Positions 1 to 13,200 of a stretch of 64,000 nt of DNA are shown piece after piece. Location of the stretch: assembly GCA_046563655.1 (NCBI GenBank), contig CM102286.1, positions 3,038,001 through 3,102,000 on the forward strand, given 5' to 3'. Both the position numbers and the translations under genes were made by a program. How positions within the stretch are numbered: the stretch's first letter is position 1; each line of letters begins with the position of its first letter. The notes below the pieces were generated by a model. That model had not been told where the DNA came from and did no database searches. It saw nothing but the letters and a program-made list of their open reading frames with translations. Origin of the DNA: Yuukianura sp. NJ FZ-2021 (lineage: Eukaryota).

Positions 1-1204
1 AGTTGAGATATTTTAAAACAAAATCTTCAACTAGTTCAAAAAAGTTTCACAAATTTCAAATAGTTCAGAATGTTATGCCAGGATAAGATTGATTGAAATT
101 TCAAAATTGAAGTTGACTTTGTAAATTTCAAAATTTGCCTTTGCTTTGGATGAGATTTTGAAATCTTTGTGAATGTTAAGTGACTTTGAAGTCTTTTAGG
201 TTATCCAAACGTAGTTCTATCATTAATAACCTGCCAAAATATGAAGTCAAAGCGAAAGTGAAAGTGAACATGACGCAAGCTCCCGTGACTCTGCAATTTC
301 AAAAAACGACGTTTCGTAAGTAGTATTTGAAATGGATATGAAAATCTGATTCGGAGTTCAATTGGACACAAATCTGATTTGGCCATAGGAAATTTTGCTA
401 GAGGGGGAGACCAGCCTATAGTAGCATTCCTTAGCCTAGGCAAATCGAATGGAGAAAGTATGTCGGCCCATTTCCGTCCCTTCTGAGTATTCCATTTCCC
501 AATTCATTTCTATTAAACTCCATTTCAATTTCTTCCTGCTCTTTCTTCCTCATTTTTTGCAAAGTGGTTTCATCTTGCTCTAAGATCCGGGTATTTTGAG
601 TATTCGGAACAGACCGAAAGTGGTTGAAGTAAAAAAAAAGTGGAAGCGGGAGAAATTAAATTGTTCAGCTGAGAGGAGCGTATAGTACACTGCAAGTCTG
701 GAGGGCTTCAAGATTTGCTTTAACATTCCCGGGTTTCGTATCTTATCACTTTCCTTGGCTATGGTATATGGATCCCTTAGCATTTCGTAGTGGTTACGGA
801 CGAGTGCGGAGCACATGGATCTGGAGTCTCATGTTACCCCGTACCAGATTTCCAATAAATTCTGAACCTCCAGTTTCTGAAGCAGAACCAGAACTTCTCT
901 TAGCTTGGGAAGTTTCCCTGGGGGAAAAGCTGGAATTCTCACTTTTCTATGGTTTAGGTTACCAGAAAAAGCTTAAGGTAGAATTTGTGTTATGCCATCC
1001 AGAAGAAAACGTAGAAAGCTTCCACGGGGTAATAATTACTCCTAAAACTGCTCCCTATGCTTTCTCCAACTGTTGCATAACCAAAATAGTTCGAAATTCT
1101 TGAAGTTACGTATAGACAAAAAGTGTTTTAAAACGATTTTAAAATCCATTTCTATGCAATTCCTAATTAACTTTATTTGAGTAATAGTTCTAATTTTTTT
1201 CCAG

Positions 1205-4200
1205 GAAGTTTCACATTGACAGCAAGTGGATACTCAGAAGATGGCAGAAGCGCAGCGCGTTTTTACGATCCGTTCAATCCAACTGGGCACTCATACGATA
1301 GAGGTGAGTTTTAATTTATAATTTGTGTCAAAATTTATAATTTATTAGTTTTAATTTTGAATTTTTGCTGAAAAAAAAGTTTTTCTGGTGATATAAAAAA
1401 ATAAATAGACACAACCTTACATATATGAAGCTTCACTTTTAAAGTTGCGACGTGCCATTCGTTTTGAACTTTGTTTTGAATTTTTGGAAGGACGCCGAGA
1501 CAATTTTGGATTTCCAGAAAAGTTTGCAAAAGTTTCCGTTTTTGGTTTCAAATTTAGATGACCGTTGACCTTTGCTTAGAGCTTTTTGATCCAACGAGTA
1601 CAAGCAAAAGTTTTCAACTTTTTTGAGAATGGGACTTTGATGAGGGTGTATTTGTGGTTTGTTGAACAAAAGGGAGGAACAATTTTTGAATTTTTGGCGC
1701 GAGGCTGAGGCTATCCGGGTTTCTTTTTCTGGCGGGAGTTGAATAAAAGTTTGAAATGGATAAAGGGAAAAGTTTTGTTTGTCCCAAAAGTCCTCTTCTC
1801 CTACACAAAAACTGACCGCTGAATTATTGACAACCTAACTTAAACCTACCCTAACTTTTACAAGTTTAAGTTTCAGGCTTTCTCGCTGTCCAAATTTCTT
1901 ATCCAACGAAAAACCTTTTTGGTGTTTTGTTCTAATTAGGCTCTAACCCCAAGAGAACTTCCAGAACCAGACTGAACAGGAGATTTCCAGTATTAAAGGA
2001 GTCATGTTTACTCAAAGTTTCAAATTTTCGTAGGCCTTCGATTTTTTGAATTGGGGTAACGTGAGACTGGATTTGAGATATGTAGACGTAATCCAGGCCA
2101 TGAGACTCTCCGCTAGATCACTTCCTATCTTCCATTTTTATATTTCCAACATCCATAAAGAAATGCTGGAATGCTCTTTCGCTAGTATAAGAGGCAGAAC
2201 CTTGTAAAATGTTGGCATAAATCTGAGCGATTTTCGTATCCAAGTCTCCCGCGCTTTTCATATTGCCAAAACGGAGGACCAAAATTCTAGAACCTAGGCT
2301 ATAGAATCTGCCCCTGTGATGCTATTACAGTCTAACCACAGTCTATCCACTTGACTCTTCAAAAGATTCATATTCATAAGAGCCGCGTAGTTTCAAAAGT
2401 GAACAAGATCCAGTAGTGCCTTTTCAAAGTCAAAGAAGAAACAAAGGGAAGCCTTACAATGTCATTTACTACAATGCAGCTCATCTATCTCCACTACTGA
2501 AGGAGTGACACGCTTTGATGAGGATATTTTGTTGAAGGCTGTCCATAGCTGTTCAAAATCCAGTTTTCAAAATTACAAAAGGAAATCTTCACAACTACAC
2601 TTTTTACACTAATCTTTCTCTCTTCTAAAATTTTTTAACAATACCGCTACTCATCTCCTAAAATTTCATTGCAAGATATTAATAAAAAGAGGTTTTTCAA
2701 CAAGAGGGCTTAAAGTCAGCAGCTTTTTAGCTCAACACTGTCATTAATTTTTACAAAAATGTAATTTTCGTATACTAATTCTAAAACGCCTCTTAAATTT
2801 CAGTAGGTATTTTTTTCAAAATTGAAGTTTTTGTTAGGTTGATAAAAAAAAAGCCTCAATTCAATAACAAAATTTGATTTAAAAAAAACACCAAGCTCGA
2901 GACGCAAATTTCGAAAAATGAATTATGATTTTAGTGCACCAATAAATACAAATGAGTGTGTGAACAATTTACTGACACACAAATTTCATAGGTGTGTTGT
3001 TAAAACTAGACGGAACCCGTGATGTTTACACATCACGATGACATGAAGGAAGGATTATTTTGAACATTTTGTCAAAAATCCGCTAGCTTTTTCGTTTGAC
3101 CCGAGTATGACCTAGTGCTTAAAGGTAATTTCGTGATGTTTAAACATCACGGGTTCCGTCTAGTTGAATCGAAAATGTATTGTAAAGGCTGGGGGGCAAG
3201 CCCCCCCAGACCCCCCCCCCCCCCTGCTTTTGGTTTCTGAGTTGAGATGGAATTTGTGAAAGTCTGTGCTTGGAGAAGTAATGTAAAAGGGACACCCCAG
3301 GATCGTTCCACTCTTCCACACAGAGAGTTTTTTGCACATATAGTTTGCATTGCCATCAGTCTTGTACTGTCTTCCGTCTTCCAGTCTTCACGTCTTCCGA
3401 AGAGAAACAGCTGATTCGTCTTCCAGTCTTCCGTCTTCCGTCTTCCAGAGATTGGTTCGTCTTCCGATCTTCCGTCTTCCGTCTTCCAGAGAATTTTTTG
3501 TCTTCCGATCTTCCGTCTTCCGTCTTCCAAAGAATTTTTTGTCTTCCGGTCTTCCGGCTTCCGTCTTCCAGAGAATCTTTCGTCTTCCGGTCTTCCGGCT
3601 TCCGTCTTCCAGAAAATATTTTGTCTTCCGGTCTTCCAGCTTCCGTCTTCCAGAGAATTTTTAGTCTTCCGGTCTTCCGGCTTCCGTCTTCCAGAGAATA
3701 TTTTGTCTTCCGGTCTTCCAGACGGTGTTTTGTTCTATAGTCTTCCGACTTCCATAGGCTGTTTTGTCTTCCAGTCTTCCGTCTTCCAAAGAATTTTTCG
3801 TCTTCCGATCTTCCATCTTCCATCTTCCAAAGAATTTTTCGTCTTCCGATCTTCCATCTTCCGTCTTCCAGAGAATTTTTCGTCTTCCGATCTTCCGTCT
3901 TCCGTCTTCCAAAGGATCTTTCGTCTTCCGGTCTTCCGGCTTCCGTCTTCCAGAGAATTTTTAGTCTTCCAGTCTTCCGGCTTCCGTCTTCCAGAGAATT
4001 TTTAGTCTTCCAGTCTTCCGGCTTCCGTCTTCCAGAGAGTTTTTCGTCTTCCAGTCTTCCGTCTTCAAATCTTCCGGAAGTCGGAAGAATGAAGCCGGAA
4101 GACGTCTTCCATGGAAGAATCTTCCGGAAGACAGTACATCACTGATTGCCATGCTATTAACATTGGGACAGAGCAAGCAACACTCGTCAATTAGAGTATG

Positions 4201-7200
4201 ATTTAAATTGCATCGAAATGGAATTTTTTGTAGGAGTTCAACCGACATTGGTATACCGGTTTCTGGAGCAGACGATGAGCAGAAGTTGTACAGTTTCAAT
4301 CAAATGCATTGCCACTGGAAATCCAACTCCCACAATCAAATGGCTTATGGATGGTTTCAAACCACCAACTTCTGAGCGGCAAGTTCAAAATTTGCAAGCT
4401 TAACAAAAATGCTTTACGGAAGGCTGACTCCCTATCTTTCTAGATTCATGATCGGTCAATATGTCACTTTGAATGGAGATGTCATTTCACACTTCAATGT
4501 CAGTTCATGCTCCAGTGAAGACTCCGCAGAGATTTCATGTACTGCCAAAAATGATCTGGGAACAGCCAGTCACAAAGCTCGACTCAACATTTTCGGTAAC
4601 AATTTTTGAATCCACAAAAATATAACAAGCCTTTCACAAAAAATCACTTTTTTTTTACATTGAAGTATGAAAATATTCAACTTTGTTGAACATAAAATTT
4701 TAACTAACTTTGTTTTTGATTAAGGACCCCCATTTGTCCGAGACTTTGGTCGAGTGGATCCTGCCGTAAGTGGGAAAGACTTTTTGGTTAAGTGTCCAGT
4801 GGGAGGCTACCCAATTGACCACATCAACTGGTTCAGAGGTGAGTAATTTCAGTTTTTTGAAATGACTGCAACAAAACGTGACACGCTTGAGCTGCCGCTC
4901 CATCTAAACTCACTGGGGAGCCGAAATGTACGTTTTCGGGTTGACTTTCAGAACAGAAGCAACTTCCACTAACGAGCAGACAGTCAACCTCCCTTGACGG
5001 AACGCTCACAATCAAGAATGTCCAAAAGGCTGACAGGGGCAACTACACTTGCACAGCCAAGTACAAAGACCTCAGTCACTCCAACACTCTACAAATCAAT
5101 GTAGTTGGTAAGCAACTTTCCCTAGAGAAGCCTACAATCTCAGTCTAAAGTTTCAAGAAGAAGATTTTCAGGGAAAAAAAACGCTGATTTTTTATTTTTT
5201 TAGACTAATCCAGGTACTAACATTTTTTTAAACTTGTAATGATTCGTATCCACACGAGGTCAAAATTATATAGCGAAGGTTAAATTTTTTGCACAAGCCT
5301 TCCGGGCCCTACTTATAAAAGCTTTTTTTTTCGTTTTTTATTTGATTTTTGGGTTTTAGCTCCACCGAAACTGAATTACTTCCGTCCAGAAACTGTAGTA
5401 GAGGAGGGAGAGCGCGTTGTGAAGTACTGTGAAGCCGGAGGTGACACTCCGATAGACCTTGAGTGGCTCCAGAACGGAGTGACCCTTGACCCACAAGACA
5501 CAGCCAGTCACCCAGACATCCTCATCCAACACATAGGGGTTGACATAGCTCTTGTCCTTATCATAACACAAGTCACTCCACATTTGTCACAGACCAATTT
5601 CACGTGCGTCGCAAGGAACGAGGGTAAGAGCGCCAAAAAGTCAATGGGAGAGCAAACACATCAAAAAAATACTTGACACTTTCACCACAACTTTTACTCA
5701 ACTTCTCACTTTTTCCTTTCATAAAATCCTGTACAGTTGGCGAAGACCGACTCACCACAAAACTCATTGTCCAAGGTACTCAAAAAACTCACAAACTCAC
5801 AAAAACTACTTTAGGTTAACAAATAAAAGTAGTTAAAGTTCCAACACAGATTGGGAATTGGTACAACAGTACGGTGAGCGGGTGAGCTGTATTGAAATTT
5901 CGCGCTTAGTAGCTCGGTGGAACTGCAGTAGCGCTTATGAGCAATTGAGCATTGTCGTAGGTTCGAATCACCCTGTACCCAGAATTTTTTTTGACGTTTT
6001 GGGTTAAAATTACTGTTGTTTTAGCCTACAAAATGTTGTTGTAATATCCGAATGTCATTTTTAAAAAGTTTTGTTTAAAAACATTTTGTGGTCCCCTTAA
6101 GTGAGTCCAGTCGTGACAAAGTTCCAATTCCCAGAAGCCTTTGAGGGAATGCGTGTCTCCGTCCACTGTGCCGTTAGCAACTATGCTCAAGACGTGACTT
6201 TTGGCTGGCTCAAAGATGGGCAAGGGATTTTCGGAGGTGGTCAAGGGACACGGATCCTTCAACTGGACCCCTTCTCGTCCATTCTCTCAATTGAGAACGT
6301 GTCACTGGTGAACGCCGGTAACTACAGCTGTATAGTGTCCAATCCACATGGGAACTCATCTCATACAGCTGAACTCACTGTTTTTGGTAAAATTTTTGAG
6401 AAAATGAAAAAAAAAACGACAAAAAGTTGAAAGTTCACTCTTCTGCACAAGCACCAAAACCAGCACAGTTCCCCCGATGGTACTTATTTCAAAGTGCGGA
6501 ATAATTAATGCCACGGCCCTTCACTCCAGAATCTTCTTCCTCCACCGAAAGATACTTTCTCCCCTTCACAAAATAAGGCTTTTCTTTTCATTAGCATGAG
6601 TGCCTTCGCTTCTTCTTCTAACTTTAGCCTCTTCCTATGTCCCAGTACTAGGCATGGTCTAATTTCCATGAGAGGATTTAACGACAGACCACTTTTATGG
6701 AAGGAAAGTTCCTCGGAACGATGAAGATGCCAAGTCTGAAGGGTCCCTAGATCCTCCTAACAATTACCACGACACTACCCTTCATTTTTCTACAAGACAA
6801 GGAAATAGGCAACACGGCTACTTAACTCAGTCGAGCGTCCTGTTTCAAATCAGAGTTCATGAGCTTTTGTTAGGCAAATTTCAAAAAACAAGAGAGAAAA
6901 AGAGAAAGTTTCGAAACGCGGAATTTCTCTCGCTAAACCCAAATTTTGATTCCCTTCTCAATAGCGACTTTTTTTTTGCTGAATTAGAGCTGAATTTCAA
7001 ACTGAATTCCATTTTGGATTCGCGTAGCAATAATTTTTAATTTTCAAAAATTTTCATAATTTAACTTAATGTTTCCAGCCTAATTGACTGTAGTTAATTT
7101 CCTAATTTCCTAAGTTAATTTCCTTGATTCAAGAAATGTGTATACAATGAAAATAGGTCCAAGACATTTCTAAAATATGGTTTTGTGTCTGTGTTTTCGG

Positions 7201-10200
7201 CTGAACTTTTGTGGAAATCGTCTTTGTCTCCGTTTTCCTCTGGTTTACGGAGTGAGAGTAGTTTATGTGCCCATTTCTGTTATAATAATTACTCCATCTA
7301 AGAGGCTGGAGTTGATTTAAAGGAGGCTTAAGTTCTAATAACATTAAATTCCTCCATGTCAAATGGCTTCCACTTATTCCTAAATTATTACCATTCCAAT
7401 TCTCCCGCTCTTCTTGGACATACGATTCTGTTTCCTTAAGCTCCCAATTTCCATTTATTGTTAGTTAGTGTGCCCCTAGCTTGGAAATACTCGCTTTACG
7501 CTTAAGCACTCACTTGCAGCAGCACAATGGCAGAACGCACCGGCACGACATGCAGCACATCCTGGTTTGAAATTTCACCAATTTTTCAAATTTTTGATTT
7601 TGAAAATTTGCTAATTTTTGGCATGTACGGATTTCAGTACCGCCCAAGTGGACTGTAGAGCCGGTAGACATTGAGGGGGTCGAAGGGGAGCGTATTGTGA
7701 GTCACTGTGAGGCAGATGCCTACCCTCCCGCAACGATAAGCTGGAAGAAAGCGGTAGCCGGTAAGTGAAAGTCTTCCTTAAGGACCACTTTTGTGGTTGA
7801 AAAAGAAAACAAATTTGAAACGGTTCCCGCCGGTTTACTTTTCCTCCCGCCCTTTACTCTCTCTTTAGTAGAAGTTTTCATTTAGAAAAGTGAAACTAAA
7901 GTAGGGGGCCCTTGGAGAGTCATTGGCTAAGGCCAAAGAAATGTTTTGAGCCCTAGATTCCCCCAGAGAACATATTTCTGTGGCTTTTCTGAGGAATAAA
8001 ACCAGCATTGAAAAAAAAACTCCGGAATTTGGAAAATGGTAAAAGTGTCTCCAAGTCTTTTATTTTTCCAGCCTCCCAGTAATTCCGAATCCAAAAATAA
8101 GAGATTAATGGTCTTCGCCATTACTTCTCTTCGAGAAGCCATTCCCTACGTTAAGTTGAAGCAGGAGCCTACCGAATCCTCTGAAAAAACGGATATTGCC
8201 TCCCAAACAGAACCACTTTCCAAGTTCATTAATGAAAATCTCTACTCCCACAATCAATCCATGTCTGTCCTCAAGATTTCATCCAAAGACAATCTCCAAG
8301 GACCAATCACACGCATAGGACTTCCATAAATTAACTTTCCAAGAGAAAGTTAGACAATGTAAACTTTAGGTTAGGTCTAACCGCTAAGTCTCTGAAATAC
8401 ACAAAATTCACATTAGGTTTATTGCACCAAAGAATCCAAAAGCTTTAGACGCGTAGTGAAAGCCTAACATTTTCAAACATTTTCTACAAGTTTTTTAGGC
8501 TGTCACATTTTTGAAAAAGTGAAAGTTTCAAATATTTGGTGCGCAAATTGGAAAACTACAGAGAAAATTGGATATCTCAAATTTCCATATTTTTAAAAAT
8601 GAAAAAGACTGACAAAACAGAAGCTTCTGAAACGTAGTGACACAGTATAGGCTTGGATGTTACAAAAAAAAAGTAAGCCCACAGGATATGCTTAGCATGG
8701 CGTTCTGAATTTTAAAAAGCAAAATTTTGAAAGGTAATACTAATAGAATGCCGGGGAAAGTAAAAAGCGATTTTGCCGGGTGACTAAGTTTTTGGAAAGA
8801 TGAGCTCCTTTTCATAGTGCTTTCTTGAATAAGACGAAAACTGGCGGCTTATTGTTCACTTTAGTGTGAATTCAGTTTCTAGGAAGGTTTAATCCGATTA
8901 GCCCTACAGGAAACTGTTCCTCTTGGATTTTAATCCTAATTGTATTTTGTTTTTTATTCTTATGCCGAGAGAGTAGGTCGAACTGGAGCCTACGTTGACA
9001 TTCCAAGGCACCAAGGCAAAGGGCCCCTACCCCTTGGCTCCACTGCTCTTACTTTCTCCAATGGAACACTCCTGATCCCCTCTGCCTCGGCACTTGGAGA
9101 AGGGAAAGTAGTGAAACTTGTCTGTGAAGCAGAAAATGGAATTGGGACTGGAATAAGTAAACTAATCCGTTTGCAAATCAATGGTAAATCGCTACTTTGT
9201 TCGTTTGACTTGTTTTGAAAAAAAAAACTTAATAATTCAGGAACAAGTTGAAAAATGAAATGATAAAGTTTTTAGCCAGTTTGTAATTTAAAGAAAAGTT
9301 TTTAAAATAGGTAAAGTATTTCATAGATGAAGTTATGGTCTGGTTTGTACTATTTCAGTAGGTTCGCAATGCAAATTTAAACATTAATTTAGATAAGTGG
9401 TGAAACTCGTCATTTTTTAAATCGTTGTTGACAGCGCCAGTGAAAATGCAACAAATAGCAAAAAATTTGACCCTGAGAAGTGGAAGTTCAGGAACAATTC
9501 GCTGCGTCGTCAGTGGAGATTTGCCGATTCATCTCCATTGGTTTCATGGACAAGATGAAGTCATTCCAATAATCAATCACAGGTCATCTACAACATTCTA
9601 ACAACTTTTTTTAACTTTAAAGTTATTTTGAACTTAGGAGGTAATAAATTCGTATTTTTTGGTGCATGCATGTAGGTACCAAATCAAAAGTGTGAATACT
9701 ACTAGCGGTGTATCGTCAGAACTAACATTAAGCCATGTCCGGCGAGAAGACGCGTTACGTCCGTTCCTCTGTACTGCCAAAAACTTGTGTTCTTCTGTTT
9801 GCCGTATTGAGCAACAGGAAATGTGGATCTTCGTTTTGGGTACAAAAATTAAAAAAAAAATTAGCACAATTAACTTTTTGTAATTTCAAATTGCAATATT
9901 TTGTTTTTCAGATCCACCAGAAACTCCATTCAACCTTAGTGTTTTGCACAAAGATAGCAGATTTGTAGAGTTAGGGTGGAAACTGAGGCGTCAACATTCA
10001 GATGATGCTTTCACTCGTGTTTCTATCAAGTACAAAATGCAAGGAGGTTTGATCCGTCTTCAGAATTGACTTTACTATAAAGTCAAACTCAAAGGCCCTA
10101 AATATTTCAACTTATGTATTTTTCAATTGTAGGACCTTGGAATACAATTAGCGTGTCCGGAGAGAGGAGGGAGGTCGATGACCTCGATTCCATGTCAGCC

Positions 10201-13200
10201 GTGGTCAATGACCTCAAGCCAGCGACAACGTACCATTTCACTGTAATCGCCACCAATGTTATTGGTAGCTCTGAAAGCAAGGTAAAAATTTCATTTTCAA
10301 AAATTTGCTTCATTTGAGATTTAAAATGAAACAATTAATTTCAAAATTACATTTTCATTTTTCGTACTTAGGATGTGACTGTAGCAACAAACGAGGAGCC
10401 ACCAGACCTGCCACTTCGAAACATCATAGCCTCTGCTACTAGCTCCACCCAGGTCAAAGTTCAATGGGACGAGCTACCGTGGAGTAATGGAGAAACACAT
10501 GGGTATAACATAGGCATTCGAAAAATGGCGGATGGCGGACCATTTAAGTTTTCGGTTGCCGAGGGAACTGCAACTCAGATTTTACTTCACAACCTCCATC
10601 CATTTACACGTTATGAAGTTGTGGTGGGAGCCTACAATGGTATGGGTCAAGGGCCCTTGTCCAAACCAATTCAAGTAGTGACACTTGAAACAGTGCCTCC
10701 ACCTCCCAAGGGCCTTAGTTGTTATACACTAACTTCTCAGAAGCTGCAAATAAGCTGGAGCAGTATGGCTGCCGAGGAGAGTCGAGGGGTACTCAAAGGG
10801 TACCGAATATTTGTTCAAAGGGCCCATGTTGACTTGCTGTGTAAGAATACAGAAAATTACTGCAATTAAACTTTTTCAAAGCTCAAATGTTAAAAGTCTT
10901 AATATTTATAATATTTTAATACTTATTATGAAAGTAAACTTTTTTATGTTCCAGTACGTGATGACTTGATTGTGATAAATACGACAGCGGCTGAAACCTC
11001 AACTGTTGTAGACAACTTGTCCAAATACACAATGTACGAAATTCAGATTCTGTCACATACTAATAAAGGTAATGTAGTTAACTTTTTTCGTAGTCTGCGT
11101 ATATAAGATTTCAACAATTGGAAGTATGAGCTGTGGCTGACTTGTATTTTGTCTGGCAGGTGACGGAGACCTGAGTGCTTCTGTATATTGCCAAACAGAA
11201 GAAGATGTACCGGGAGCTCCAGAACAGATAAAACTTATCAGGGTTGACGCAGGGAAGGCCATTCTAGTATGGACTCCTCCAGCTATCAATGAAATCAATG
11301 GAGAAATTAGCCACTACACGGTCTACCTTCAGAGTGAACCAGGACGCACAGTACCGCCAAATATAACCTTCATGGAGGTATCTGTACCGACAAAACTACT
11401 TGTACCTCAAATGTAGAGCTCAACAAATGTTGCAATTTTCGACAGGTTCAACCGTCTCGTTTTCAAGCATTCCTGGCGCATGTGTCGAGCTCAACCAAAA
11501 TGGGTGAAGGAAGTAATGCAACTTTAAGCGTTCATCCGGAAAGTATGTGAAATCACAAAAAAATTTAAAAAAAACTTTGTATAAATTCAATTTGCACTGC
11601 ATACACTTTGGTTAACATTGTACAAGGTATGGGCGGCGGAATGATTTCGTTTGGAAAAGTAATTAACGTTCAAGTTAAGGCAAATTTAACACTCAACTGT
11701 ATCACTGCTGTTGGAAAACCACTCCGAACATGGTTCTTCCAGTCCAAAATCATCCAAGAAGCAGAGCGGTAAAATTTACTTTACCTAATCTACTTTAAAA
11801 AAAATTCAATTTTCTAAGATTTTAATTTCTGGCTCAGGAAATACATACAGCCCCAAGGATCAATGTTGCATATCAAACACATTCAAGAGGAAGATGGCGG
11901 GAACTACTCCTGCTTTCAACCTGGATACACTTGGGAAGGCGTGCAATTCAAACCGGAACGTATTTCGTACAGACTCATCGTTATGGGTAACGCTAATGTT
12001 AAAAGTTATGTTGCAGTAATACAACTATAGTTGTATACTACGGTAATATAAATTATAGTATATATAGTGTGATATTACATTCAATTCACGTGTTATCTAG
12101 CTCCTCCTCCTCCGCCAAAATTGCGGGAACATGAACTTACATTCAGTACCGTTTCACTGCGTTGGAGTACGAAAGAGGGCGGGCGCGGTACTGCCGTTGA
12201 AGGATACCTACTTCATATCAAAGTGTTGGATGAGTGGCTAGAAAGGAAATTTCCGCGCCGACTCAGTGCTCACGTCCTGCGTGACCTCAGCTGTGGAACC
12301 ACTTACCCGGTAACATTTAAAAATTTAACGCGTCTAATTTAAAAACGTGTTAGACAATTCTAACGCCTGTGTCATTACTAGATATATTTGACTGCCTACA
12401 ACAAAGCTGGTGTGAGTCGTCCAAGTCAATTGCTCAATATTACGACTAAGGGAGGTCGCCCAACGCTGACGGTGTCACCTGAATCATTAGTTGAAATCAA
12501 TAATACCTGGATTCGGTTGAACATGCGTCAAGCGTTCAATGATGGTGGTTGTCCAATAACGGCTTACAGGGTCTTCTTCCGTAAAAATTTAAATGAACTG
12601 CACTGGCAGAGCGGTAAATTTCACAGTTTTGGTTACGACTACGTAAAGTCATTTCATTTTGAAACTAAACTTAATTTGTTGCACTTTCTTTACCGCAGTG
12701 GAAGAAAATTTATCCAACGGAAGAAAAGTGGTGAATATAACCGGGCTACAAGAAAGTACAAACTATTTAATCAAGATTTTAGTAGAAAATGAAGCTGGTA
12801 AAACCGAAGTTACTTTTCCGGTAAAAACTATTGGTGAGTTGTCAATGTATAATTCTCAAACAAAGATTTAACTATAACTAACTTAAGTTTATTCAATATA
12901 AACTTTCTTTATAGGAATTACGGCAGAGCAGTCGAATAACGTTATCACATCCGTCTCGGAATCGTTGTATTTGAACTTCAAACTTTTCGGACCAATTCTC
13001 CTTTTTTGTATCATATTGATCGTATTCATTTCAGCAATTTTTTTAGTTTGTCGGCAACGTACGTACAATACTGATATCTAATCACAAATTACAAAACTAT
13101 GAAATATTTATAATTAAATTACAATTTATTTCAGGGACTTTCGGAGGTCAGGGTGAAGAAACTACAGGGGATGCTTTTACTTACTTTAAACAGAATGTTC

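Noticed and set aside
3189..3224. G/C-run hairpin ggggggcaagccccccc and poly-C tract
   Set aside because: Short low-complexity feature with no supporting context.
3147..4299. Many overlapping ORFs with repetitive RLPSS/EDGRR peptides; superficially CRISPR-like periodicity
   Set aside because: By-products of the TCTTCC minisatellite in the MITE. There are no unique spacers and no cas genes, and the context is eukaryotic.
5902..5985. Functional tRNA gene
   Set aside because: A and B boxes are present but I could not fold a cloverleaf with acceptor and anticodon stems.
6461..6500. cacag|ttcccccgatgg resembling the start of another Ig exon (VPP/PRW)
   Set aside because: The similarity covers only a few codons and no Ig domain follows.
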